Of a stretch of DNA of 64,000 nucleotides, positions 19,709-29,584 are shown piece after piece. The stretch lies in contig CAZNUU010000004.1 of the NCBI GenBank assembly GCA_964576615.1, positions 4,663 to 68,662 on the forward strand. Direction: 5' to 3'. The DNA comes from an uncultured Candidatus Saccharibacteria bacterium (GTDB taxonomy: Bacteria; Patescibacteriota; Minisyncoccia; Phycocordibacterales; DATDWN01). Made by a program: the position numbers and the translations under genes. Within the stretch, counting starts at the first letter, position 1. Every line of letters begins with the position of its first letter. The notes under the pieces are model-generated. The model made no database searches. It worked only from the letters and a program-made list of their open reading frames with translations, and was not told where the DNA came from.

Positions 19709-19816
19709 CACAGACGAAATAATTCCCTTGAAGGGAATTTTTCGTACTTGTGTGAGGCAGGCTGAGGGGCCGAGCCGGGGTCGCGGAAAATTTCAGGAGA
19801 AATTTATCTGTGACCA
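19709..19816 (+). repeat. tRNA-trailer hairpin element
   Basis: Homologous to 5541-5672. Confidence 0.8.
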
Positions 19817-19820
19817 ATAT

Positions 19821-20321
19821 TTATCCTCTTGAATCCGCACTTGGTCCGTAAATTGATGGCACTTTACCGCCCATTGGCCTAAGGTGTGTTGAAAGTTGGC
19901 CGCGGTGATGGACGAGGTCGAGTAAAAATCCCCAAACAATTTTTGCTTTGGTGTCTTCCCAGTCTGCCTTGCCGTTTGTAAGAAGGCTTACTTTCTTTTG
20001 CCAATCATCCTCTGACATTTTTGCTACCAGGCCTTCTACTGTTTTCATGTTATTAATAAAGACGTTTGCTATTTCTTCTGCCTTTTCCCATTTTGGCTCT
20101 GGCCATTTAACAAAATCAACTTCTCTACCTTCCACAATTGCAACCAACATATCGGATTCAACCCCAAACGTGTGTTTCATCAGCTCCAGAGTTGTTCTCG
20201 ATCTCTCATCATGTTTGTAGGAGTGTTTAGAATCTGGAGTTTCTTCCACCGCCTTAAAAACTCTTTCAAACCTAGGCATCTCGTCTTTTAATGTTTCTAA
20301 AAAAAATTGTTTGTCGGACAT
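19821..20321 (-). CDS. DinB-family protein
   Basis: HHRGQLSTHLR...PSIYGPS. Confidence 0.85.
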   Translation of the reverse strand: MSDKQFFLETLKDEMPRFERVFKAVEETPDSKHSYKHDERSRTTLELMKHTFGVESDMLVAIVEGREVDFVKWPEPKWEKAEEIANVFINNMKTVEGLVAKMSEDDWQKKVSLLTNGKADWEDTKAKIVWGFLLDLVHHRGQLSTHLRPMGGKVPSIYGPSADSRG

Positions 20322-20485
20322 TGTTATAAAAATTAATTGTTAATGTGTAACAGAGGACTCGAGTCTTACAGACTCTGTATACCTTTTCTGTTTTTTGTTT
20401 CGTAAGCTCACAAAAAACTATCAAAGGTCTTCGAGTCCTCACGAAAATGCTCCCAGCATTTTCTCAGTGCGCACATGCACACATG

Positions 20486-20558
20486 TGCGCACTAGAGGAC
20501 TCGAACCTCTGACCTACCCGGTGTAAACGGGTTGCTCTACCAACTGAGCTAAGCGCGC
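20486..20558 (-). tRNA. tRNA-Val(UAC)
   Basis: Anticodon arm acccg-tttacac-cgggt. Confidence 0.93.
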
Positions 20559-20607
20559 AATAAAAGAAAGAATATAATACATTGTTTAAATTGTAAAATA
20601 ATGTAAA

Positions 20608-21306
20608 ATGGTCCAAATGAGTGGGAAAATTCCGGAGTGCCTTGGCATTATCATGGATGGCAATCGGCGCTGGGCCAAAAGTAAAAACCTTCATACTTTA
20701 AAGGGCCACAGTGCAGGAGGGGAGACTCTTAAAAACGTTGCCAAATGGGCCAAGGAGGTCGGTGTTAAGCATTTGATTCTTTATACTTTTTCGACAGAGA
20801 ACTGGAATAGGTCAGAGGAAGAGGTTTCATATCTTCTTAAATTAATCGGTGAAGTTATTGAAAAAGAGCTGCAAAACTTCAACAAGGAAGGTGGTGTTTT
20901 GCATTTTGTCGGTGATTTATCTAGGTTCTCAGAGGATCTTCAAGCAAAACTAATTAAAGCAAGGGATTATACTAAGAATAATCCTGGCCCTCATATTTAC
21001 TTTGCATTGAATTATGGGGGAAGACCAGAGATTCTTTCTGCGGTAAAAGAAATAGTAAAGGAAAATCCTAACCCCGATGCAATTACAGAAGAATATTTTG
21101 GCAAGCACCTGCAAACTTATCCTATGCCAGATCCAGATCTCATTATCCGAACCTCCGGAGAGATGAGATTGTCTGGCTTTCTGCCATGGCAGGGTGTTTA
21201 TAGTGAATTATTTTTTACAGATACTCTGTGGCCAGATTTTTCCAAGGATGAGTTTTTGAAAATTATCGAGGAGTATGGGAATCGGGAGAGAAGAAGGGGA
21301 AAATAA
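20608..21306 (+). CDS. uppS: Undecaprenyl diphosphate synthase
   Basis: IMDGNRRWA, FSTENWNR, IRTSGE.RLSGFL. Confidence 0.95.
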   Translation: MVQMSGKIPECLGIIMDGNRRWAKSKNLHTLKGHSAGGETLKNVAKWAKEVGVKHLILYTFSTENWNRSEEEVSYLLKLIGEVIEKELQNFNKEGGVLHFVGDLSRFSEDLQAKLIKARDYTKNNPGPHIYFALNYGGRPEILSAVKEIVKENPNPDAITEEYFGKHLQTYPMPDPDLIIRTSGEMRLSGFLPWQGVYSELFFTDTLWPDFSKDEFLKIIEEYGNRERRRGK

Positions 21307-22022
21307 TGGAACCAACTATTTTATATGAGGATAATGAAGTTTTGAGTATAAATAAGCCAGCTGGATTGGTTGTTCATTCTGATGGGAAAACTAGAGAGAT
21401 AAATCTAACTGATTGGATTCTAAAAAATTATCCGGAAATAAAAGATGTGGGCGAACCCGGGCGGACTTCTTCCGGCAAGATCATTTTGCGTCCAGGAATT
21501 GTTCACAGACTGGATCGCGAGACATCAGGTGTCATACTTATCGCAAAAACACAGAAGTCATTTGAAAATATAAAAAAACAATTCCAGAGTCATCAAATTG
21601 AAAAAATTTACCATGCCTTTGTCTTGGGAGAAATGAAAAATGACCAAGCTACTATCGATAGGTCAATCGGCAGAAGTTCAAAGGACTTCCGAATGTGGTC
21701 AGCACAAAGGGGAGCTCGAGGCGAGATGCGGGAGGCAATTACCGACTATAATGTCCTGGCTAAAAAGGATGGCTATTCTTTTGTAGAAATAAGACCAAAA
21801 ACTGGACGGACTCATCAAATCAGGGTTCACTTTAAGGCAATTAATTATCCTTTGGTTGGAGACTCTTTATATGCACCTAAAAGACCAAACAGCCTCGGTT
21901 TTAAGCGGCTAGCCCTGCACTCTCATCAAATTTCTTGGTCAGATTTAGATGGCAAAAAACACACTACAGTTGCTCCATACCCTGAGGATTTTGAAGAGGC
22001 AATAAAGATATTGCAAGTTTGA
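21306..22022 (+). CDS. RluA/RluD-family pseudouridine synthase
   Basis: NKPAGL, HRLDRETSG, TGRTHQIRVH. Confidence 0.93.
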   Translation: MEPTILYEDNEVLSINKPAGLVVHSDGKTREINLTDWILKNYPEIKDVGEPGRTSSGKIILRPGIVHRLDRETSGVILIAKTQKSFENIKKQFQSHQIEKIYHAFVLGEMKNDQATIDRSIGRSSKDFRMWSAQRGARGEMREAITDYNVLAKKDGYSFVEIRPKTGRTHQIRVHFKAINYPLVGDSLYAPKRPNSLGFKRLALHSHQISWSDLDGKKHTTVAPYPEDFEEAIKILQV

Positions 22023-22041
22023 ATTTCGTATGTTATCTTAA

Positions 22042-22458
22042 ATGCCTATGGAAATTAAGTCTCCAGTAAAAATAACTGAGAGAAAAGCACTAGATATAAG
22101 ATCTGGCGATACTATTCGTGTTTGGCAAAAAATTAAGGAAAAAGACAAAGTAAGACTCCAGGCTTTTGAAGGTTTAGTTATTGCAGTTAAACATGGCAAG
22201 GAAGCAGGAGCTACTTTTACTGTGAGACGGGTTGCATCTGGAGTCGGAGTTGAAAAAATTTTCCCACTATATTCTCCGATGATTGATTCAATTGAAACAG
22301 TGAAGAGATCAAAAGTTCGAAGAGCAAAACTTTACCATGTTCGGGAAAAAGCTGCTAAAGAAATCCGAAGACAGATGAGAAATATATTGGAAGTTCCTGA
22401 AATCGAAGAAGAAATCGCAGAGGAAAATACAGAAGTAAAAGAGGAAGTAAAAGAATAA
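22042..22458 (+). CDS. rplS: 50S ribosomal protein bL19
   Basis: [23 protein letters not shown]. Confidence 0.95.
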   Translation: MPMEIKSPVKITERKALDIRSGDTIRVWQKIKEKDKVRLQAFEGLVIAVKHGKEAGATFTVRRVASGVGVEKIFPLYSPMIDSIETVKRSKVRRAKLYHVREKAAKEIRRQMRNILEVPEIEEEIAEENTEVKEEVKE

Positions 22459-22462
22459 CTAG

Positions 22463-22544
22463 TGCCCAGGAGAGGACTCGAACCTCCACACCTTACGGCA
22501 CACCCACCTCAAGGGTGCTTGTCTACCAATTTCAACACCTGGGC
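22463..22544 (-). tRNA. tRNA-Leu(GAG)
   Basis: Anticodon arm caccc-ttgaggt-gggtg; variable arm present. Confidence 0.9.
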
Positions 22545-22625
22545 GCACTAAGGAAGTATATTGAAATTAATATTTAATTTCAATCTAGATTTTAAGCCAG
22601 TTTTTTGCTATAAATTGGAAATAAT

Positions 22626-22697
22626 GGTGGCTATGGTGTAGTGGTAACACAGAGGCTTGTGGAGCCTTTATCTCCGGTTCGAATCCGGATAGCCACC
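22626..22697 (+). tRNA. tRNA-His(GUG) with encoded G-1
   Basis: Anticodon loop ttgtgga; G-1:C73 pair. Confidence 0.92.
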
Positions 22698-22780
22698 CAA
22701 GAACTGCAGTGCATAACTTGTCTTTCGTATGTTTTTAAGGAGTTATTATTATATAAGGTTTATTATTAACTTATATCACT

Positions 22781-23137
22781 ATGACTAACAACAAAAAAGT
22801 AGAATGGCTTTTACGTGTTGGTGTTTTTGGTGAGTTTTTGGGACACGGTATGCTAGCTATAAATGGCAAAGCAGACTGGATTTCTTGGATAGTCAAACTT
22901 ATTCATGTAGATACCGGTACTGCTACAACACTACTTATGTTAATCGGTTTCTGTGATATTTTGGTTGCTATCATTGTTTTACTTAAGCCTCTTAATCCAG
23001 TCCTTTTGTGGGCAGCCTTCTGGGGATTTTGGACTGCATTAGTTAGGCCAATCGTTGGTGTAGGCTGGCTTGATTTTGTTGAGAGATCAGCAAACTGGGC
23101 AGCACCACTTGCTCTCTACTTTTTCAACAAAAAATAA
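22781..23137 (+). CDS. DoxX-like membrane protein
   Basis: LRVGVFGEFLGHG, ERSANWAAPL. Confidence 0.65.
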   Translation: MTNNKKVEWLLRVGVFGEFLGHGMLAINGKADWISWIVKLIHVDTGTATTLLMLIGFCDILVAIIVLLKPLNPVLLWAAFWGFWTALVRPIVGVGWLDFVERSANWAAPLALYFFNKK

Positions 23138-23140
23138 TTA

Positions 23141-23482
23141 ATGAAGTCTCATCATAATTTATACGCTGCTATTGTTTTAGGTATTGTTGCGGGACTTTTG
23201 AGCACTTACCCTTTCCTTCTCGGTCCTTACGAAAGTTTCTTTTTGTGGGGAATGGTTGCTCTCGGTCTTGGGTTTTTTGCACACGGTAATAAACAAGCTA
23301 TGTGGAGTGGTGCTTACTACGGTTTCTTCTTGTCTTTATCTTTTCTTTATTCAAGATTTGGTGGTGGGAGTGAGAAGTTTTTGACTTATAGTGTTTTTGT
23401 TCTGGGTATGAGTGTCCTGGGAATTGTAGTTGGGGTCTTCACTTCTCTTGTGGGTTCAAAGCTAAAAGGTCTCAAACAGTAG
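23141..23482 (+). CDS. Hypothetical four-TM membrane protein
   Basis: Hydrophobic ORF directly after the previous gene. Confidence 0.6.
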   Translation: MKSHHNLYAAIVLGIVAGLLSTYPFLLGPYESFFLWGMVALGLGFFAHGNKQAMWSGAYYGFFLSLSFLYSRFGGGSEKFLTYSVFVLGMSVLGIVVGVFTSLVGSKLKGLKQ

Positions 23483-23540
23483 CTCAAAATAGAAGGAGCC
23501 GCACCCTCTGGTGCGGCTCCGTTTTGTCTGTCTTGAAGAT

Positions 23541-23888
23541 CTAGGCGCTCGGCTCCGGCTGGTCGGATGACCAGTTCACGTCGGTGCCGTCGGGCTGCCG
23601 GAATGCCGTCACACCTCGGATCGACCTGCACTTGGCCTCGAAATCGAAGCCAAGCTTGTCCTTGGCATAGGCTCGCATTTCTGGCCCCACACCCCCCTCG
23701 ACTTTCAGGCCGTGAGCCGCCTGAAAATCGGCGTTCCGTTTCGAGCCGGTTTCTCCGAACTCACCATCGACAAGGATTCCTTCGCCGAAGCCTCGCTCGA
23801 TCAAAAACTCAAGCCAGGGGTCGACGTGCGGCCCCTTCGAACCCACTTCCATGTATGGCGGTGGGGTAAAGCCATTAATGACAGCCAT
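23541..23888 (-). CDS. Peptidoglycan-binding (PG_binding_1) domain protein (GC-rich cassette)
   Basis: GSKGPHV..DGEFGET..FQAAHGL..G.VGP; TTGACT-16-TAATAT promoter, SD AGGAGGT, terminator at 23495-23520. Confidence 0.75.
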   Translation of the reverse strand: MAVINGFTPPPYMEVGSKGPHVDPWLEFLIERGFGEGILVDGEFGETGSKRNADFQAAHGLKVEGGVGPEMRAYAKDKLGFDFEAKCRSIRGVTAFRQPDGTDVNWSSDQPEPSA

Positions 23889-23953
23889 CGCTACCTCCTG
23901 CGAGCATATTACTTGGGGATGCAATAAAGTCAAATAGATATATAATATTTCTC

Positions 23954-24481
23954 ATGTCAAAAGAATACTCGGTGCATCTTGAAACAAAAAAATATCAAAC
24001 TAAATACAGAACTGAATTTATTACAATCACAAAAGATGTAGAACACGCTATAAAAAGTTCTGGTATAAAAACTGGTACAGTTTTAATTCAAACTTATCAT
24101 ACTACTTGTGGTATTTGGGTAAACGAGGATGAAAAAAATTTAATAGGTCCAAGCGAAGTTTTAGGATACACCTCGGACTTGCGAAAAGTTTTAGATAGGT
24201 TTGCCGATCCCATGCATGACTATGGCCACAATGATGTTAACCATGCCCAAAACCCAAAAGGCAAACGGGATACTCATCTCTGTGAGCCAGATGAAAATGG
24301 GGTAATAAATGAATGTATAAATGGTCATGCTCATGCGCAAGCTCTGATGATCCATCCATCAATTTCTCTTATTGTAGAAGGCGGCAAGATCTTAAAAGGC
24401 AGATGGCAGGAAGTTATGTTAGTTGAGCTGGATCATGATAGGGAAAGGCAGGTGTCATTTCTGGTTAGTGGTATTAAGTAG
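23954..24481 (+). CDS. YjbQ (UPF0047) family protein
   Basis: HTTCG..NE, NGHAH, GRWQ..L.ELD..R.R. Confidence 0.85.
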   Translation: MSKEYSVHLETKKYQTKYRTEFITITKDVEHAIKSSGIKTGTVLIQTYHTTCGIWVNEDEKNLIGPSEVLGYTSDLRKVLDRFADPMHDYGHNDVNHAQNPKGKRDTHLCEPDENGVINECINGHAHAQALMIHPSISLIVEGGKILKGRWQEVMLVELDHDRERQVSFLVSGIK

Positions 24482-24498
24482 CATAAATTCTCTTTCTC

Positions 24499-24654
24499 AT
24501 CATATTTCTCAGAGAGCACGGATATTTTCTTGCTGAAAATCTTCTTACAGAAGCTGTACACCTTTCGCTACTACGTGCTCAAGGTCTTGCGAAGCTTCCC
24601 TTCTCACCTCGTGATTGCGAAAGTGCGCTCCCAAGGCTCTCTTCGAAACATGAT
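24499..24654 (+). repeat. Palindromic element family A, copy 3 (with an internal insertion of about 66 nt)
   Basis: gcacggatattttcttgctgaaaat...cctcgtg...gcgctcccaagg between arms atcatatttctcagagagc/gctctcttcgaaacatgat. Confidence 0.8.
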
Positions 24655-24687
24655 TCAACAAGATTTTATGCTAAAATTACCATCATA

Positions 24688-25560
24688 ATGGAAAATGTTC
24701 TTGTTACAGAAAAATCTTCCGATTACGAACTACTAGATAGTGGGGATGAAGAAAAATTAGAAAGATACGGCAGTGTAATTTTATCCCGGCCCGATCCCCA
24801 AGCTATTTGGAAAAAAAATCTTGTCCCAGAGAGATGGCAGGAGGCTAGAGCAATATTTAACAGGAATGGTGCGTCTGGTAAGTGGAAAATAGAAAGAGAA
24901 ACTCCTGATCCTTGGCGGATTCACCTAAATGGTCTCACTTTTAATTTAAAACTTAATCCCTCAAAACATGTTGGTGTTTTTCCAGAACAATCTGCGCATT
25001 GGAAATGGTTGGAAGAGAAAATAAAAAAAGATTTTTCGGGACAAAAACTAAATATCCTGAATCTTTTTGGTCACACTGGTGGAGCATCACTTGCCTGTGC
25101 TCGAGCTGGGGCCAAAGTCACTCACGTTGATAGCTCCAAATTTGTGGTTGATTTTGCCCACAAGAATTTAATTGATTCGGGACTTTATGATAAACCGGTC
25201 AGGTTTATTGTGGATGACTGTCGAAAGTTTGTGGAAAGAGAGATACGGCGCAAGAGCAAGTATGATGTTATTATCCTCGATCCTCCCGTTTATGGTAAAG
25301 GTAAGAAAGGTGAGATCTGGAAAATAGAAAAAGATTTACCAGATTTTGTCCTGAGACTAAAGGGGATTCTTTCAGCAAAGCCAACTGCAATTGTTTTAAA
25401 CGGTTATTCTTCTTCGTATTCAAATATTACCTATGCCCAGATTCTTTCTCCACTAGTCTCGGATCTTGGTGGGGAAGTTTCCTCTGGAGAGCTGGGGATT
25501 AGGGAATCCAGTAGCTCACGCATTCTACCATCGGGTATTTTTGCTCGCTGGGAAAAATAA
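24688..25560 (+). CDS. Class I SAM-dependent methyltransferase (RlmI/YccW-like)
   Basis: YELLDSG, GVFPEQ, LNLFGHTGG, ILDPP. Confidence 0.88.
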   Translation: MENVLVTEKSSDYELLDSGDEEKLERYGSVILSRPDPQAIWKKNLVPERWQEARAIFNRNGASGKWKIERETPDPWRIHLNGLTFNLKLNPSKHVGVFPEQSAHWKWLEEKIKKDFSGQKLNILNLFGHTGGASLACARAGAKVTHVDSSKFVVDFAHKNLIDSGLYDKPVRFIVDDCRKFVEREIRRKSKYDVIILDPPVYGKGKKGEIWKIEKDLPDFVLRLKGILSAKPTAIVLNGYSSSYSNITYAQILSPLVSDLGGEVSSGELGIRESSSSRILPSGIFARWEK

Positions 25561-25561
25561 A

Positions 25562-26092
25562 ATGTACGGAATTGATATTTTTGTTCAACGGTATTTATCA
25601 TCGACCCCAACACCATCTTGGGTCGAGTTTTACTATTTAATCACTGGTCTTTTTGATTTCTCACTAGCATTTATTCTTGTTTCGATCCTGGTTTCATTTT
25701 TAATATATTTGATTAGGGGTGTTCGTTACTCACTTCTTTTTCTGGTAACCGTAATTTCAGGCGGGGTTATTGTATACCTACTCAAAATCTTCTTTAATGT
25801 GCAGCGGCCGCTTCAATCCATAATCACAGCTTTTGGTCCAAGTTTCCCTAGCTATCATGCTACGATCTCAACTATCTTTTTTGTCATGCTTATGTATATT
25901 TTTGACCAGTATTATAAGGGCTTTTGGCGATATCTGTTTAATGCTTTTTGTATTTCTTCTGTAATTCTGGTTGGTTTGAGCCGTCTGTATTTGGGAGTTC
26001 ATTGGCTAAGCGATGTGCTCTTTGGAATATTTTTAGGGATTTTAATAGCTTATTTTGCCGTTATAATTTTTAGAAATGTGCTAAAATATTAA
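25562..26092 (+). CDS. PAP2-family phosphatase
   Basis: K..FNVQRP, SFPSYH, SRLYLGVHWLSDV. Confidence 0.9.
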   Translation: MYGIDIFVQRYLSSTPTPSWVEFYYLITGLFDFSLAFILVSILVSFLIYLIRGVRYSLLFLVTVISGGVIVYLLKIFFNVQRPLQSIITAFGPSFPSYHATISTIFFVMLMYIFDQYYKGFWRYLFNAFCISSVILVGLSRLYLGVHWLSDVLFGIFLGILIAYFAVIIFRNVLKY

Positions 26093-26118
26093 GTAAATTA
26101 TTAAGTAACAATATTTAA

Positions 26119-26925
26119 ATGCTGTTTCAAAACCTAAGTGATTCACAGAAGCAAAATCTTTACAGGGCTTTTCTTGCTACCGTAGTTCTCCTCGCAGTAT
26201 TTTTGGGGGTTAAAGTATTAAGCTCTCTTAAGGAATTAGAATATATTGGTCGAGGCACATCTGCGGCCAACGTTATTGCGGTCTCTGGTAGTGGCGAGGT
26301 TTACGCTGTGCCAGATGTCGGTTCCTTCTCTTTTTCGGTTGTGGAAGAAGGCAAAACTGTAAAAGAAGCTCAGGACAAAGCTTCTAAAAAAGTAAATAGT
26401 GTTATCGATGCGATTAAGAAAATGGGCATTGAGGAGAAAGATATAAAAACAACCGGATACAATTCTTATCCAAAATATGAATATTCCCAAGCCCAGATCT
26501 GTACCAATGGTTACTGTCCGCCATCCAGGCAGACTCTAATCGGTTATGAAGTAAATCAGAATATAACTGTAAAAGTCCGAAAAACCGATCAAGCTGGAGA
26601 TGTGCTAACAAAGGTTGGGTCTCTGGAAGTTTCTAATATAAGTGGACTTGATTTTGTGATTGATGATATGGACAAGGTTCAAAGCGAAGCGCGCGACAAG
26701 GCAGTTCAGGATGCAAAAGAAAAAGCCAAAGTTTTATCAAGAACACTTGGAGTTAAGCTAAAAAGGATTGTTAATTATTACGAATCGGGGAATCAGCCAC
26801 CGATCTATTATGGTATGGAAGCTAAGGCAATGGGGGGGACCGATATGATGCCTACTGTTCCAGAAATTCCAACCGGGGAGAATAAGGTGGTTAGTAATGT
26901 AGTTATTACCTACGAAATAGAGTAA
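26119..26925 (+). CDS. SIMPL (DUF541) domain protein
   Basis: VSGSGEV..PD, A..DAKEKA..L motifs. Confidence 0.88.
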   Translation: MLFQNLSDSQKQNLYRAFLATVVLLAVFLGVKVLSSLKELEYIGRGTSAANVIAVSGSGEVYAVPDVGSFSFSVVEEGKTVKEAQDKASKKVNSVIDAIKKMGIEEKDIKTTGYNSYPKYEYSQAQICTNGYCPPSRQTLIGYEVNQNITVKVRKTDQAGDVLTKVGSLEVSNISGLDFVIDDMDKVQSEARDKAVQDAKEKAKVLSRTLGVKLKRIVNYYESGNQPPIYYGMEAKAMGGTDMMPTVPEIPTGENKVVSNVVITYEIE

Positions 26926-27001
26926 AACTTCCAAATTTGGAAGTTTTGTGGATTGACATTCAATCTTTTTTAAGATATAAAGCTTCAGCAGAGGTGCTTT
27001 C

Positions 27002-27319
27002 ATGAAGAGAGAAGATTTTTTGGCCGCACTGGCCGATATCATCCAAGACCTTCAAGGTCTGGATTTCGGTCAGAGTCACGAAGATCTGTTTGGCTACGTA
27101 ACTCGGATTCTCCGATCCCGTAGCCTGCTCGCCTGGGAAGATTCCGATGCGGCCCAAGCAGGTCATAACGAGCTTGTGAGGGCTGTCGTCTCGATGTATC
27201 ATCTGCCGTCGGACACTCATCCGGTTGTAACGGCACTGAAGGTTCGGCGACTCGAAGAGAAAGCGTGGAACTATTACCACGACCAGTTCACTTATCATGA
27301 GGTGGTACAGCACGGTTGA
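27002..27319 (+). CDS. Hypothetical protein (GC-rich cassette)
   Basis: TTGACA-17-TATAAA at 26953-26981, SD GAGGTG, hairpin gggcgac/gtcgccc at 27327-27355. Confidence 0.7.
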   Translation: MKREDFLAALADIIQDLQGLDFGQSHEDLFGYVTRILRSRSLLAWEDSDAAQAGHNELVRAVVSMYHLPSDTHPVVTALKVRRLEEKAWNYYHDQFTYHEVVQHG

Positions 27320-27507
27320 GATGGTGGGGCGACTAGGCAGATGCCGATGTCGCCCTTTGACATTTAGAAATAAAAGAGTACTATGTGAACAAGCCCTTCG
27401 GGGGTTTTTTATTACCAACGCAGCGCGAAAGAAATGAAAGTAATCTTACTTTCATTTCCGAGCCAAGACAGGTAATATGGATGTTAAAGATAATAACAGA
27501 GACTATT

Positions 27508-27687
27508 ATGTCACTAATTACATATCTAAAGGATACTCAAGGAGAATTGAAACATGTTTCCTGGCCAACTAGAAATCAGGCCATTGCATTTACAATTGTT
27601 GTCATAATCATTTCAATTTTTGTCTCTTTTTTCTTGGGGTTTTTTGACTATCTATTTAAGTTAATTTTGCAGAAGTTCGTTATATAA
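27508..27687 (+). CDS. secE: Preprotein translocase subunit SecE
   Basis: ELKHVSWPT plus TM helix; upstream of nusG. Confidence 0.92.
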   Translation: MSLITYLKDTQGELKHVSWPTRNQAIAFTIVVIIISIFVSFFLGFFDYLFKLILQKFVI

Positions 27688-27698
27688 ACTAGACAAAA

Positions 27699-28244
27699 AT
27701 GTCAAAGCAACAAGTTCGTAGCGAAAGAAACTGGTACGCAATCCACACTTATGCTGGATATGAAAACGCTGTGATGCGAAATCTAAAACAGCGTATAGAA
27801 TCCCTTGGCATGGAGGATAAAATTTTTGATGTGATTGTTCCAACCGAAAGAAAGATAAAAATAAAAGCCGGCAAGCGTGTAGAAGAGGAAGAGAAAATTT
27901 ATCCTGGTTATATTCTTGTGGACATGATTGTAACCGAGGATTCTTGGTATGTGGTTAGAAACACTCCGCGCGTAACTGGCTTCGTGGGCTCTGGGGTTTA
28001 CCCTGTGCCTATAGATAAAAAAGAAATTGATGAACTTTTCTCCCGCATGAATGCCCAGGATGTTAAGCATAAAATTGATCTGTCCCAAAACGATGCTGTG
28101 CGAATAGTGGACGGTCCATTTAAAGATCTTGAAGGAAAAGTAAGCGAAGTGGACGAGGAAAGGGGTAAGGTGAAGGTTTTAGTTGCAATGTTCGGGCGAG
28201 AAACGCCGGTGGAACTGGACTTCCTTCAAGTAAAGAAAATTTAG
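27699..28244 (+). CDS. nusG: Transcription factor NusG
   Basis: WYAIHTYAGYE, YPGYILV, MFGRETPVEL. Confidence 0.97.
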   Translation: MSKQQVRSERNWYAIHTYAGYENAVMRNLKQRIESLGMEDKIFDVIVPTERKIKIKAGKRVEEEEKIYPGYILVDMIVTEDSWYVVRNTPRVTGFVGSGVYPVPIDKKEIDELFSRMNAQDVKHKIDLSQNDAVRIVDGPFKDLEGKVSEVDEERGKVKVLVAMFGRETPVELDFLQVKKI

Positions 28245-28425
28245 AAAATTAAGGAGTGAAACGACTATAATTTACTTAACCCAAGCACCACTTTATTGAT
28301 TTAAAAAAAGAAGTATGATAACTTTCAAGAGCGAAATTATATCGAGAAATGGCACTTACTTGGTGTATAAAGTGGTGCTGGGTAATGATTTTTATAGTCA
28401 CTACGCTCGTTAAAAATCAACCATG
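28240..28425 (+). repeat. Stop-to-start hairpin element family B, copy 1
   Basis: First 44 nt identical to 51350-51393; conserved right end up to the ATG. Confidence 0.9.
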
Positions 28426-28848
28426 GCAAAGAAAGTAGTTAAAAAATTAAGACTTATTCTCACTGCAGGTAAGGCAACTCCTGCTCCTCCAGCTGGCCCT
28501 ATTTTAGGTCAGGCCGGGGTTAATATTGGAGAATTTGTTAAGCAGTTTAATGATGCATCTGCAAAAATGGCAGGGGATTTAACACCTGTTTCTGTTTCTG
28601 TTTACGACGATAGGTCTTTTACTTTCAAACTAAAAACTCCTCCAGCTTCCAATCTAATTTTAAAAGCTGCAAACAAAGATAAAGGTTCCGGTAAAAATAC
28701 AGTTTCAAAGGCAGGTAGTATTACCAAAGCCCAACTAAAAGCAATTGCGGAAAAGAAAATGCCAGACTTGAGTGCGAACGATATTGAAGCCGCAATGAAA
28801 ATTATTGCAGGTAGTGCTCGTTCGATGGGGATTGAGGTTAAGGGATAA
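28423..28848 (+). CDS. rplK: 50S ribosomal protein uL11
   Basis: [23 protein letters not shown]. Confidence 0.97.
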   Translation: MAKKVVKKLRLILTAGKATPAPPAGPILGQAGVNIGEFVKQFNDASAKMAGDLTPVSVSVYDDRSFTFKLKTPPASNLILKAANKDKGSGKNTVSKAGSITKAQLKAIAEKKMPDLSANDIEAAMKIIAGSARSMGIEVKG

Positions 28849-28954
28849 TACCGAAAAACCTAAATGAAAAAAGACACTTATGTAAAGTGTCTTTTTTCTT
28901 GTTTTCGTGATAGTACAAGGTCAGACGTTAACAGTTTTTTGAAAGGAAGAAACG

Positions 28955-29584
28955 ATGTCAGCCAAGAACATTCTGTCCAATGGGATTTGTTTGTCGGACC
29001 GATACATTCCGAACTACGACAAACTCCAAGAAGTACTGAGGGTGATGCGTTCTCTGGGACACACAATTTCGATGACCCAGGGCGTTTACGACCTCATCCA
29101 CCCCGGGCACACCCGGTATCTCGAGAAGGCGAAATCCTTCGGGGATATCTTGGTCGTGGCTGTGGATACGGATGAGTACACCCGACTGCGCAAGCAGAGG
29201 GAAAATGAGCGTCGGCCAGTTGTGCCGTTCGAAGAGAGGCTGGAACTTCTAGCCAACCTGCGCACAGTCGACATACTGACTGTGCGGGACGTAACGGAAC
29301 ACGAGAAGGATCCGACACACGTAATAAAGATCGTACAACCGGATGTTCTCGTCATGTCGCGATCAACGAAGGATGTGGGGAAAGATTGGTACGACGAGCT
29401 TCGCAAACTCTGCGGACGTCTCGAGGTACTCGAGCCGCAGTCAACGGGCTCAACAACCAAACAACTTCGTGATCTCATGATGGACGGGGCTTCTGGACTT
29501 GTCGATCACCTCCGTGAGACGATCGACAATTACTTCAGGGCGGCCGGCCGAGAGGTGACGTTTGGTAAAAGGAGGGATGGATGA
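28955..29584 (+). CDS. HxGH cytidylyl/adenylyltransferase (TagD/RfaE-II-like)
   Basis: GVYDLIHPGH, LVVAVDTD, RPVV..ER, STT motifs. Confidence 0.88.
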   Translation: MSAKNILSNGICLSDRYIPNYDKLQEVLRVMRSLGHTISMTQGVYDLIHPGHTRYLEKAKSFGDILVVAVDTDEYTRLRKQRENERRPVVPFEERLELLANLRTVDILTVRDVTEHEKDPTHVIKIVQPDVLVMSRSTKDVGKDWYDELRKLCGRLEVLEPQSTGSTTKQLRDLMMDGASGLVDHLRETIDNYFRAAGREVTFGKRRDG

